Assembly (NCBI GenBank): GCA_945861925.1
Contig: CAMAWO010000001.1
Coordinates: forward strand, 1 to 57,360
Length of the DNA: 57,360 bases
Source: Bifidobacterium breve
Lineage (GTDB): Bacteria; Actinomycetota; Actinomycetes; S36-B12
Direction of reading: 5' to 3'
Below are positions 17,851-26,449 of the stretch, in pieces (within the stretch, counting starts at the first letter, position 1; the number at the start of each line of letters is the position of its first letter). The notes below the pieces were generated by a model. That model was not told where the DNA came from, did no database searches, and saw only the letters and a list, made by a program, of their open reading frames with translations. The translations under genes and the position numbers were made by a program.

Positions 17851-20466
17851 ATGCCCGAGAAGTTCGGACGACCCGCGCAGACCGACGGCCAGGCGATCGC
17901 GCGACTCCTCGCCCAGCGGGGGCCCCTCACCGAGGAGGAGATCGTCAATGCCCTTAGGGAGGACGGCTTCCATATGGATCCTGAGCTCTACGACGCTCCC
18001 GACCTCTGGGTCGAAGAGGCGCTCGCCGATGGTGATGAGCACCTCGTTCACTTCCTCCTGGATGAACGCATGGCGCACCTACCCACCCTGCTCAGTGGCC
18101 ATCGCTTCACCCACCGGCTCACGAAGGACGAGGTCGCCTTCGACATGCTGGCACTGCTCCCCGACCTTGCCCCGCTCATCATGCTCACTGATCGCGACGA
18201 GTATCACTTCCTCGCCGACGGGCAGCCGATCGAGCCGATCGCTGGCCTACTCACCCGAGAAGATACGGATGCGCGCGGCATTCCGCCGCAGTCCGTTCCG
18301 GATATGGGGTGGATGCTGCCGGCCGGCTTCTTGACCGGGATCAATGCAACTGCCGGCGAATTCGTCTCCGTCGAGGCAACCGATGATGGCTGGCTCATCG
18401 AGGCGGTCCCCGTGGGTTCCGTCGCCCCGCCGTCTGTGCAGCTCGTCGCACTCATGCGCGAGTTCACCATCGAGCACGGTCATCCGGTTGAGATCGATGC
18501 CGCCATCTGGCAGTCCTGCGTCGACCTGCCTGGCTCCTTCACCGGCCTGACGCTGCCCATTGGTGAGATGCTTGAGCTTGCCGGACTTTCGTTCTTCCAA
18601 GAGCATTTCGCAAGCGCCGGGTTCGACTTTAAGGCTGAGAGCTTAGCCGACGCCTCGCAGGAACTCAGTGCGTCCTACGGGCTCGGCGACGTCGAGGTTG
18701 ACGCGCTGCTTTCCCTGCTCGACCTCTACGCGGCCTTCACCCTGGAGTTCGAGGCACTCGTGGAAGCGGAAGATTCCGCAAGTGAAGGCTTCGAGGGGTT
18801 TAGCCAGTTCCCGGGAGCTCGCGAGACCCTTTCCTGGCTCACCGACCCAGGTGTCGCCGAGTCGTTCTCGCAGGAAGTCATGGGCGACGAAGTCCTGGGC
18901 GCGGCAGTACTCGTCATCTTCACCGGAGCCCTAATCGAGCAGGCGCCAAGGCAGGCGCGGGTCGCCCTCCGGTGGCTCCAGGGCAGGGCGCTCCAGCGGC
19001 TCGGGATGATCGATGAGGCCGAAGGGGCATTCAGTGCAGCCGAATCCCTCGATCCATCGTGGCCACTGCCGCTGCACGACCTCGCCCGCTTCGCGAGCGA
19101 CCGAGGTGATGCTGCTCGCGGCCTCGCGCTCCTGAATCGGGCAGGCGCCGAAGCCGACGACCCGCTCCGCCAGACCCTCGAGCGTTTCAGCGCACCCGTT
19201 CGCGACGATATCGGCCGCAATGACCGCTGCTGGTGCGGCTCAGGCCGGAAATACAAGCAGTGCCATCAACATCGCGAGCAGCTCCCGATCGAGGAGCGCG
19301 CCATGTGGCTCTACACGAAGGCCACCACGTTCCTCGCCGACGGTCCACTCCGAGCGCAGATCATCGAGCTTGCCGAGGTATGGACCGGCCACTGGGGACC
19401 GAGCCGCCCCTTCGTCAAGGCACTCGAGGACGGGCTCGTCCTCGATGTGCTCCTGTTCGAGGGCGGCGCCTTCGAGGAATTCCTGTCCCAGCGCGGGTTC
19501 CTGCTCCCGGCTGATGAGTACCTGCTCGCAGAGCAGTGGCTCCTCTCAGAACGCTCGATCTTCGAAATCGTCGAGGCATCGCCCGGTGTCGGCATGCTCC
19601 TGCGCGATCTTCGCACCGGCGACCGGATCGAGATCGTCGAGCGCACAGCCAGCCAGCTGGTGACACCCGGCAGCCTCATCTGCACGCGAATCGTCACGGT
19701 GGGATCCATGATGCAGATCGTTGGCGCAGTCGAGTCCATCACCCTGCGCTACCGCGATGCGCTCATTGAACTCCTTGACGACGAACCCGACCCGTTCGAC
19801 CTCATCGAGTTCCTGTCACGGCGCTACGCCCCGCCCACCATCGTTAATACCGAGGGCGAGGACACAATCATGTGCGAGGCCGTCGTGAAGGTGACGAACA
19901 CCAAGCGGCTACTGGCCGGGCTCGATGTCACCTACGAGGCCGTCGATACCGGCAAGAAGCCCACCGCCACGTCACCACGCACCTGGCACGAGTACGTCGT
20001 CACGCATGGCCAGGAGAAGATCCGGGCAACCCTCGACTGGGCCGACAAGGAGCTCACGATCCAGACGAACAGCACCCCCCGGATGGACAGGGTCCTCGGG
20101 GTTCTTCGCGCCCTGTGCCCGGACCTCGTCATGGTGAAGGACGAGCGCACGAGCATGAAGGACGAATACGCCGCCGCGATCCGGGCGGGTGGAGGTCGTA
20201 CGACGGGCGACAGTGAGTCCGGGATGCTCGACCAGAACGACCCGGAGATCCGCGCCGCCCTTGAGGAATACATCCGCACGTATGAGGAGAACTGGCTCGA
20301 CGATCAGATTCCCGCCCTCGCGGGCCTCACCCCCCGCGAGGCAGCGGCCGACCCGACTCGAAGGCAGGACCTCATCGCGCTTCTCGCCAGCTTCGATCGG
20401 GACGAGGAGGAGCCCGGCATGATGAGCGCAAAGCGTTTGCGAGCGGCGCTCGGCCTCGAGCCATAG
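17851..20466 (+). CDS. large acidic SEC-C motif / TPR-like protein of unknown function
   Basis: 872-877 aa (ATG 17851 after GAGGAAG, or GTG 17833). The SEC-C zinc motif CWCGSGRKYKQCH is at about 19228-19266. A TPR-like stretch precedes it. The C-terminal segment is WLDDQIPALAGLTPREAAADPTRRQDLIALL. I found no Walker A, nuclease or other catalytic motif. Confidence 0.85.
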   Translation: MPEKFGRPAQTDGQAIARLLAQRGPLTEEEIVNALREDGFHMDPELYDAPDLWVEEALADGDEHLVHFLLDERMAHLPTLLSGHRFTHRLTKDEVAFDMLALLPDLAPLIMLTDRDEYHFLADGQPIEPIAGLLTREDTDARGIPPQSVPDMGWMLPAGFLTGINATAGEFVSVEATDDGWLIEAVPVGSVAPPSVQLVALMREFTIEHGHPVEIDAAIWQSCVDLPGSFTGLTLPIGEMLELAGLSFFQEHFASAGFDFKAESLADASQELSASYGLGDVEVDALLSLLDLYAAFTLEFEALVEAEDSASEGFEGFSQFPGARETLSWLTDPGVAESFSQEVMGDEVLGAAVLVIFTGALIEQAPRQARVALRWLQGRALQRLGMIDEAEGAFSAAESLDPSWPLPLHDLARFASDRGDAARGLALLNRAGAEADDPLRQTLERFSAPVRDDIGRNDRCWCGSGRKYKQCHQHREQLPIEERAMWLYTKATTFLADGPLRAQIIELAEVWTGHWGPSRPFVKALEDGLVLDVLLFEGGAFEEFLSQRGFLLPADEYLLAEQWLLSERSIFEIVEASPGVGMLLRDLRTGDRIEIVERTASQLVTPGSLICTRIVTVGSMMQIVGAVESITLRYRDALIELLDDEPDPFDLIEFLSRRYAPPTIVNTEGEDTIMCEAVVKVTNTKRLLAGLDVTYEAVDTGKKPTATSPRTWHEYVVTHGQEKIRATLDWADKELTIQTNSTPRMDRVLGVLRALCPDLVMVKDERTSMKDEYAAAIRAGGGRTTGDSESGMLDQNDPEIRAALEEYIRTYEENWLDDQIPALAGLTPREAAADPTRRQDLIALLASFDRDEEEPGMMSAKRLRAALGLEP

Positions 20467-20539
20467 GCAGCCGTCTGCCCGGGCTCAACGTCACCCCGCT
20501 GACCCACGGACATGCGGTGAGGTGGTTGGATAAAACCAA

Positions 20540-21382
20540 ATGAGCATCCTGTTCGGCCTCCTCACGGCGCTATTCTTCGCAGCCGGAACTCTCGCCTCCT
20601 CGCGCCTTGTCCGCATGATCGGGCCGCTCTCGGCCATCTCCGGGATGATGCTTGTCGGACTCGTCATCATCACCCCGATGATCTTCATTAGCGGTATCCC
20701 GGAAAAGCTCAACGCCACCAACATGATCTGGCTTATCGTCGGCGGACTCGGCAATCTCTGCGGCCTCCTGCTCGCCTACGCAGCTTTCCGCATCGGGAAG
20801 GTCGGTGTCGTCGCGCCGATCCTGTGCACTGAGGGTGCGATCGCGGCGACCATCTCGGGCCTTGCCGGGGAGAGCATCGCGCCAATCGTCATATTCCTGC
20901 TCCTCGTCATCGTCGGCGGTGTCGTGCTCGCCGCTATCGCACCCGATCCTGTGCCTGTCGAGAATGAGCAGCCCCTCAAGGCCGCGCTCATCGCCACGAC
21001 CGGCGCCATCATCTTCGGCATCGGACTGTTCGCCACCGGCAACATCAGCGGTGAGTTGCCGCTCGAGTGGATCCTCCTGCCGGCGCGCATCGTCACGCTC
21101 ATCTGCATCGCTATCCCGCTTCTGGTGCTGCGCAAGTTCCGCATGACCCGCCCGGCTGCCCCGCTCATCCTCCTCGCCGGCCTCGCGGAGATTTTCGGCT
21201 ACGCCGCCTACACGTCGGGGGCTGCGCAGAGCGTCGCGATCACCGCGGTGCTCGCATCGCTCTTCGCGCCGATCTCGGCGGTCGCCGCATACCTGCTGTT
21301 CCGGGAGCGTCTCGGTCGGCAGCAGGTGGTCGCGGTCGTGATCATCGTCACCGGAGTCGTCACGCTCACTCTGGTCAGCTGA
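20540..21382 (+). CDS. EamA/DMT-superfamily transporter
   Basis: 280 aa with about 10 hydrophobic helices in a two-fold repeat architecture. Confidence 0.85.
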   Translation: MSILFGLLTALFFAAGTLASSRLVRMIGPLSAISGMMLVGLVIITPMIFISGIPEKLNATNMIWLIVGGLGNLCGLLLAYAAFRIGKVGVVAPILCTEGAIAATISGLAGESIAPIVIFLLLVIVGGVVLAAIAPDPVPVENEQPLKAALIATTGAIIFGIGLFATGNISGELPLEWILLPARIVTLICIAIPLLVLRKFRMTRPAAPLILLAGLAEIFGYAAYTSGAAQSVAITAVLASLFAPISAVAAYLLFRERLGRQQVVAVVIIVTGVVTLTLVS

Positions 21383-21423
21383 CCCCTCCATCACGTGGAG
21401 CTTTTGGGCGAAAGAAGGTCCGT

Positions 21424-21816
21424 CTAGACGCGCGTTGGGCCCTTGCGACTTCCCTTGACCTCCTCCGTGCGCTTGGGGTGACCGGTGGACGCCTCGAGGA
21501 TGATTACCGTCCCGACATACGTCTGCTTGCGCCGCGGGTTGAGAACAGGGTCTTTGTCAATGAGATAAATGAGGTGACCACCGCTCGTGATCTTGTACTC
21601 CCATTGAGCAAGCATCCGACCGCCATACGTGCGAAAAGCCAACTCCCCCACGTACGACCCCGGAGCGCTTATCGCCGCTGACCAGAATGACCGCACGTTG
21701 TGGGCCCGGCGCGTTGGTGCCCTGGCGGCTGCACGTCGAGTTCGTCTGAACCCGAGCACCACCGTGGTAACGAAGTCAGACGGCCGCATCGCAAACCGAG
21801 CAGACCCACGAAGCAA
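21424..21816 (-). CDS. hypothetical protein whose C-terminal half resembles a YoeB/Txe-type toxin (possibly degenerate)
   Basis: AQWEYKITSGGHLIYLID...GTVIILEASTGHP parallels YoeB W-x-R-R-I-T-x-x-H-R-L-V-Y...LLI..C..HY. The N-terminal 50 aa are Arg-rich and unconvincing. There is no adjacent antitoxin. Confidence 0.35.
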   Translation of the reverse strand: MLRGSARFAMRPSDFVTTVVLGFRRTRRAAARAPTRRAHNVRSFWSAAISAPGSYVGELAFRTYGGRMLAQWEYKITSGGHLIYLIDKDPVLNPRRKQTYVGTVIILEASTGHPKRTEEVKGSRKGPTRV

Positions 21817-21854
21817 TCGCCTGTAGGCGGCACTGAACGTCCATCACAGTCGGC

Positions 21855-21883
21855 TTGTCAGTAGTGTCACGCGAGCTCATACT
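21855..21883 (+). promoter_or_regulatory. putative promoter of the AbrB-vapC pair
   Basis: TTGTCA (21855-21860), 17 nt, then CATACT (21878-21883), 21 nt upstream of the GTG at 21905. Confidence 0.25.
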
Positions 21884-21904
21884 TGTGGGCTGCGTACCCA
21901 ATTA

Positions 21905-22228
21905 GTGGCACACGGTTCCCGATTGGGAGAAAAAGGTCGGATCGTGGTTCCGGCTGAGGTCCGGAGGGCTGCTGGGCTCACCGCCGATAGCGAAGTCGTC
22001 ATTCGAGCAGAGGGCGAAGGCCGAGTCGTGATCGAGACCGCCGACGCTGCCCGCAAACGTGTCTGGGCCGCCGCACCCTCCCCTGATGCAGACGCTACGG
22101 CGGGCGTGCGTGCCACGCGCGAGGAAGACACCCGAATCTTGGATGGCAACGCAGCGGCCCGCGCCCATTCAGCCACCGACTCCGAGGAAGAGGTAGGTCA
22201 GCGGCTGCTTGAGGCGCTCGGCCCGTGA
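21905..22228 (+). CDS. vapB: AbrB/MazE/SpoVT-type antitoxin
   Basis: LGEKGRIVVPAEVRRAAGLTADSEVVIRAEGEGRVVIE is the swapped-hairpin AbrB pattern. Its stop overlaps the PIN gene start. Confidence 0.75.
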   Translation: MAHGSRLGEKGRIVVPAEVRRAAGLTADSEVVIRAEGEGRVVIETADAARKRVWAAAPSPDADATAGVRATREEDTRILDGNAAARAHSATDSEEEVGQRLLEALGP

Positions 22229-22644
22229 CCTTCGAGCCGCGGGTGGTCGTCGATGCCTCCGCGTTGGTCGCCTGGGCATGCCAGGAGCGTGGCGCGGTCA
22301 CGATCGACAAGATCCTCCCGGTGGCCATCGCTCCGAGTTCGGTGATGGTCGAGACGCTTAACCGGTGCCTGGAGAAGGGCCACCGGATGCCTATGGAGGA
22401 GTTGCATCTCACGTTCCTGTCGCTGGGATTGCGAGTTGAGGCGGTCATCGACGAAGACACGGTGCGAGCCGCAGCCTTGATCCACCAATCCCGCCGGGAA
22501 GGACCGCGGAACAATGGCCGGTCTTTGTCGCTCGGGGACGGGCTGTGCCGTGCAGTCGCGGAGCGTCTACAACTTCCTATCACCGGCGGGGACGAATACT
22601 GGGAGACGCTCGAGCTGACGGTCCGCTATCAGCCGTTTCGCTGA
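22225..22644 (+). CDS. vapC: PIN-domain toxin
   Basis: VVVDASALVAW carries the first Asp. SLGDGLCRAVAERLQLPITGGDEYW carries the C-terminal motifs. Confidence 0.85.
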   Translation: MTFEPRVVVDASALVAWACQERGAVTIDKILPVAIAPSSVMVETLNRCLEKGHRMPMEELHLTFLSLGLRVEAVIDEDTVRAAALIHQSRREGPRNNGRSLSLGDGLCRAVAERLQLPITGGDEYWETLELTVRYQPFR

Positions 22645-22724
22645 CGACCCTGCCCCGCCTGCACTGTTGGCGCGAACCACACGGCCACCATGACCAGGCC
22701 GAACCCACCCGCTGCAGCCGACCA

Positions 22725-23038
22725 AAGAATCTCTTCCAGCAGGACCTAGAACGCGACTTGGATAATCCCGAGTTCCGCGCATCATTCGTGCGGGAGTCCG
22801 TGAAGATCGCCACGATCGACCGAATCATCAACGATCGTGATGACGCCCGCATCGCCCACGGCCTGAGCAAGGCGGAGTTGGCGCGTGCCATCGGGTCCAA
22901 CCCGTCCTCGGGATGAGGATAACCCTTGCCCCTCTGCCGAACTCGGAGGCAAAGGCGCTCGCGGACGCGACCGTCAAGCACAAGAAGGCTCCAAAGACGC
23001 CGGCCCCGGCCAAACGGCGAGCAATCGTCCCGACCTAG
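22725..23038 (+). pseudogene. Xre/HigA-type HTH antitoxin remnant (no start codon, internal deletion and frameshift)
   Basis: KNLFQQDLERDLDNPEFRASF...GLSKAELARAIGSNPSS stops at 22914-22916. The expected C-terminus MRITLAPLPNSEAKAL... continues in another frame to TAG at 23036-23038. Confidence 0.45.
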
Positions 23039-23235
23039 CTCTCGGCCAGCAGCGGGCGGTCCCTCCCCGCTGCTTGGTCGTCTAGTCGGCAGAAGAGCAG
23101 GTAGCGGGATAGTTGCTTTGGCCCATAAACACGTACCTCGTACCAGCCAGTCATATCTCCATGCATCGCTTCCCAGTAGCCGTCGGCGAAGCGTTTTGGC
23201 GGCGCTTTCGCGAAGGTGATAAGCGTCGCTTTCAT
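23035..23235 (-). pseudogene. RelE/ParE-superfamily toxin fragment (C-terminally truncated)
   Basis: 66 aa. GWYEVRVYGPKQLSRYLLFCRLD resembles the core beta-strands of actinobacterial RelE-like toxins. It is convergent with the HTH remnant and their stop codons overlap. Confidence 0.4.
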
Positions 23236-23435
23236 GGTCGCCGCGACCGGTGAGATCTCCCTCGATCAGGGGCCATCTGCGGTGGTCGCGGGCGGGCGTG
23301 AACGTGCGGTGGCGGTGAACCGCCCAGTAGACACGCCCCGCACCTCAGTAGGGATCTCGTCTTCACCCACTGCCCGATGCGAATACCGCTCGATTCCACC
23401 GGCATTGTCATCGAAACGCTCGTCGACGGAGCGCG

Positions 23436-23661
23436 TCACAAGGTCACAGCATCGGTCCGGGCGGTCTGGGCGACCCCGTCCCGCAGCAACTCTGCGGCGA
23501 CGACATCCACATCCATGCCCAGAACGCGCCTGAACTCCTCGCTCAGGCCAGCCAGCCGCATCAACGGATTGTCCCAGGCAGGGGGCGAGATCCACGAGGA
23601 CGTCGATGTCGCTAACGGTGGTGGCGTTGGTGACGGTCATGCTCCCCAGAACAGGCGCCAC
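23436..23661 (-). pseudogene. MNT-type nucleotidyltransferase (antitoxin-like) with a frameshift at a C5 run
   Basis: One frame reads VLGSMTVTNATTVSDIDVLVDLAP. Another frame reads AWDNPLMRLAGLSEEFRRVLGMDVDVVAAELL...TL-stop (23436-23438). The junction is at the G5 (+ strand) run 23581-23585. Weak DUF86/HEPN-like residue lies downstream at 23266-23435. Confidence 0.5.
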
Positions 23662-23930
23662 GCGAAAACCGCAGACCCCAATGAAGGAGAACCCGAGACT
23701 TCGAGGGCGCCCTCACCAGCAGCGCCTCCGCATCGATCAACTTCCAGATGATCATCGCCAGGCAGCCGTGCCTCGCACCCGCGTATCAGCGAACCAGCGG
23801 TCGGGGCTCTTCACGCCCTGCGTTCCCCCGACCGGCGGATGGCTTTCGACCGTGCGGTCGCTGCGCGAACCTGCCACCCAATGTATTGAGGACAGAACGC
23901 CGGCCGCTCATCGTCCGTTGAGTTCGCTCG

Positions 23931-24287
23931 TCACAGCCAGTGAATGCGGCCAGCGAGACTCCTCGTGCCGATGTTGCCCGTCAGCAATGTGTCCAGGGCA
24001 TCGACGAATCGGCCGATCATGTCCCTTCGCCGAGGCCATCTGGCATCGGAGGTGAAGATCAGGCCTGCATGGACCCGCCCCTCATCCGCCCATCGCTGAG
24101 TGATGACAACGAAGTCGCCGACATTGTTCGTGATGAGTGCCAGTCCTTCACCAGCGCATCGCGCCAACAGCGGCTCGTCGTCTTCTGACTGCCAGCCGAG
24201 TTCGCTGACCGCACGCACATCATGACCTCGATCACGCAGGCCGACCGCGATCAACGGGGAATAGTGGTGGTCAAGGGCGAGCCTCAC
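23931..24287 (-). CDS. DUF5615-type PIN-like (Mut7-C-like) toxin
   Basis: MRLALDHHYSPLIAVGLRDRGHDVRAV...GLALITNNVGDF...HAGLIF. It overlaps the upstream DUF433 gene by 4 nt. Confidence 0.7.
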   Translation of the reverse strand: MRLALDHHYSPLIAVGLRDRGHDVRAVSELGWQSEDDEPLLARCAGEGLALITNNVGDFVVITQRWADEGRVHAGLIFTSDARWPRRRDMIGRFVDALDTLLTGNIGTRSLAGRIHWL

Positions 24288-24712
24288 GCGAGGGCAGTCT
24301 GCTGCCGCTCCCAGCGGGCATGTTCACTTGCTTCGACCAAGGCCGCCAATTCTGCGTCCTCATCAATCTCAGCGCCGAAGTCGGCGTAGTAGTCGCGGGC
24401 TGCGAGAACAAGGGACCGCTCGATCCCAAGGTAGTCGGCCACCTCGTCGACTTCGCCTCGCGCATCCCTGATCTGCGCCACGACCTGGCGCACGAGGAGG
24501 CGAGTTCCGGTCAGGAAAGGCTCACGGCGACCGGAAGCCCCGGAGCGAAACCGCACCAACGTATGCCTTTCCAACCGCAGGGCCTCCCCGAGTAATTGCT
24601 CCACGAGGCTGTTGCGCGACTCATTCGATGTCGCAGCAAGCGAGTCAAGTAACTCGCTGGTTCGAGCGGAGATGCGGAATGACCGCTGCACCGACAACTG
24701 GGAGGTCGTCAT
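24284..24712 (-). CDS. RHH + DUF433-type antitoxin
   Basis: The N-terminal part is CopG-like (SFRISARTSELLDSLA...). The DUF433 core is FLTGTRLLVRQVV...VADYLGIERSLVLAARDYY. Confidence 0.7.
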   Translation of the reverse strand: MTTSQLSVQRSFRISARTSELLDSLAATSNESRNSLVEQLLGEALRLERHTLVRFRSGASGRREPFLTGTRLLVRQVVAQIRDARGEVDEVADYLGIERSLVLAARDYYADFGAEIDEDAELAALVEASEHARWERQQTALA

Positions 24713-24789
24713 GAATCACAATGTAACACAGACTGACTCAACCGAGCCCCAAACGATCGGCTGTCCACCTACCGCGCACCCGCCTCACA

Positions 24790-25455
24790 GTGCCGAACAG
24801 CGCGGGAGTCTGGGCTGTGCGCGTGCATACTCGGCGAAGCTTGGCCGGCGTCGCTGACTATGCGAGCCCAGGGAACCTCCTCGCGAGGTCTCACACCCTG
24901 CCCCTGTCCATCGACATCCCCTACACGCGCGCCTTTCTTACCGGGGAGACCCTCATCACGGCTCGTCACACCATGTTCAGCGAATTTCCAGCGCTCGTGA
25001 TCGATGCCGACCTCTGGGAATCAAGTGGGCTCGACTCCTCGTCACCCGAACTCGTGAGCGTGCCCATCGCGAGTCAGGGCGTGAGCATCGGAGCCTTCGG
25101 ATTTGTCTCGGATCCAACTCAGGACTATGGGCCGAGCGACTTCGGTTTACTTGAGGCCCTCGCGGCCGTGCTCGGGATGTGGTTAACGCACCCGTCCTCC
25201 TGCGTTGGTACCAGACTCACCGAACCATTGATCAACGAGCAAGACGGGAACCTGCAATTGTCAACCCGGCAGTACGCCGTACTTCAACTCCTTGCACAGG
25301 ACAAAACAAACTATTCGATCGCAGCGACCCTCGGAGTCTCAGTGTCGACTGTCAAGCAAGACGTGCAACGGCTTCAGCGGGCCATGAGATCCCCCGACCG
25401 CAAGGTCGCAGTCCAGCACGCCATGGCACTGGGAATCCTGCAACCCATCGGCTGA
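24790..25455 (+). CDS. LuxR-family transcriptional regulator with GAF-like N-terminal domain
   Basis: The C-terminal part LSTRQYAVLQLLAQDKTNYSIAATLGVSVSTVKQDVQRLQRAM is a LuxR HTH. The N-terminal part is GAF-like. The start (GTG 24790) is uncertain. Confidence 0.7.
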   Translation: MPNSAGVWAVRVHTRRSLAGVADYASPGNLLARSHTLPLSIDIPYTRAFLTGETLITARHTMFSEFPALVIDADLWESSGLDSSSPELVSVPIASQGVSIGAFGFVSDPTQDYGPSDFGLLEALAAVLGMWLTHPSSCVGTRLTEPLINEQDGNLQLSTRQYAVLQLLAQDKTNYSIAATLGVSVSTVKQDVQRLQRAMRSPDRKVAVQHAMALGILQPIG

Positions 25456-25477
25456 CCTCATGGGCCCACAGCCTTGC

Positions 25478-25600
25478 TTACGCCTCGAAGTCCCCGCCCC
25501 GGCCGCTCATCTTCTTACGGTTGGCTGACGGCCTCTCGTACCGGATAACAAAAAGAACGACAACAGCGAGAAACACAGCCACCACAATGATCCCTGCCAT
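25478..25600 (-). CDS. 40-aa single-TM peptide (not in the ORF track)
   Basis: ATG lies 5 nt after the TAG stop of the 25606 gene. The translation is MAGIIVVAVFLAVVVLFVIRYERPSANRKKMSGRGGDFEA. Confidence 0.35.
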   Translation of the reverse strand: MAGIIVVAVFLAVVVLFVIRYERPSANRKKMSGRGGDFEA

Positions 25601-25605
25601 GGCGA

Positions 25606-25980
25606 CTAACCGAGAACTGCCCACACGACGAGGGCGAAGATCCCGACCCCGATAACGACGAATGCGACCGCGGTCAGCGACAGGAATGATCGCGATGCCG
25701 CAATCTTTGCCGACAGCGCCGATGGCTGCTCGAGCTTCTTAAGATCGGCGACCAGCGACTGGGCCTCACGGATGGTCGCGTACTGCGTGATCATTGCGAG
25801 AATGCCCGTTGCCGCGGCGATACCAATGGCGAGGTACCGAACGCTGTCCGTCGCGGCGTCGAAGGCACCAATCGCAGCAAGGACGAGAACCGCGATGAGC
25901 ATGATCGTTGGGCCCATCTGGGCGCTGATCACCTGCGTGCGCTTGACGTTCCAGAGTTCTAGCAGGCCTTTTTCATCCAT
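25606..25980 (-). CDS. small integral membrane protein (3 predicted TM)
   Basis: 124 aa with hydrophobic segments IMLIAVLVLAAIGAF, LAIGIAAATGILAMI and LTAVAFVVIGVGIFALVVWAVL. Confidence 0.6.
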   Translation of the reverse strand: MDEKGLLELWNVKRTQVISAQMGPTIMLIAVLVLAAIGAFDAATDSVRYLAIGIAAATGILAMITQYATIREAQSLVADLKKLEQPSALSAKIAASRSFLSLTAVAFVVIGVGIFALVVWAVLG

Positions 25981-26090
25981 TGGGGGATCCCTTGTTCACT
26001 GCGACTGCTGCGCGCCATGCGAAGCACTCGCAATAGTAGACCCGCCCCGGGATCACCGCATGTTCTCAGCGCTCATCTAGAGTGCTGGCC

Positions 26091-26255
26091 ATGGCTCCGG
26101 TCCCCCGCACCAAGAACGGCTTCGAGCCCAAAGAATGCGCGGTCTGTCAGCGCCCCTTCGAATGGCGAAAGAAGTGGGCGCGGGACTGGGAGTCAGTCAA
26201 ATACTGCTCACAGGCCTGCCGCGACAGGAGCCCGAAGTCACGCAAGGTCTCCTAA
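26091..26255 (+). CDS. DUF2256-like small zinc-ribbon protein (not in the ORF track)
   Basis: 54 aa: [54 protein letters not shown], a CxxC...CxxxC pattern. Confidence 0.6.
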   Translation: MAPVPRTKNGFEPKECAVCQRPFEWRKKWARDWESVKYCSQACRDRSPKSRKVS

Positions 26256-26449
26256 TGCTCCTCGCGGGCTCCGCGGCGGTTGAATATGATGAGCGAGATG
26301 ATGGCCCAGCCGAGCAGGAAGGGCACACCGACGATTGCCTTCTCATTGGTGTTGAGCGCAGCCGTCAGCCAAAAGACGAGTCCGGCGAGAACCAGCGCTG
26401 AGATATAGCCGGCAATCGGGTGGGTCTTTTCGGCTTGCTCGGTTTCCAC
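26252..26449 (-). CDS. small 2-TM membrane protein
   Basis: 65 aa with two hydrophobic helices. Its stop overlaps the DUF2256 stop (CTAA). Confidence 0.5.
   Translation of the reverse strand: METEQAEKTHPIAGYISALVLAGLVFWLTAALNTNEKAIVGVPFLLGWAIISLIIFNRRGAREEH

Noticed and set aside
20570-21394. 274-aa - strand ORF antisense to the DMT transporter
   Set aside because: It is extremely Asp/Arg/Glu-rich with no hydrophobic core, which marks an antisense shadow of a membrane-protein gene.
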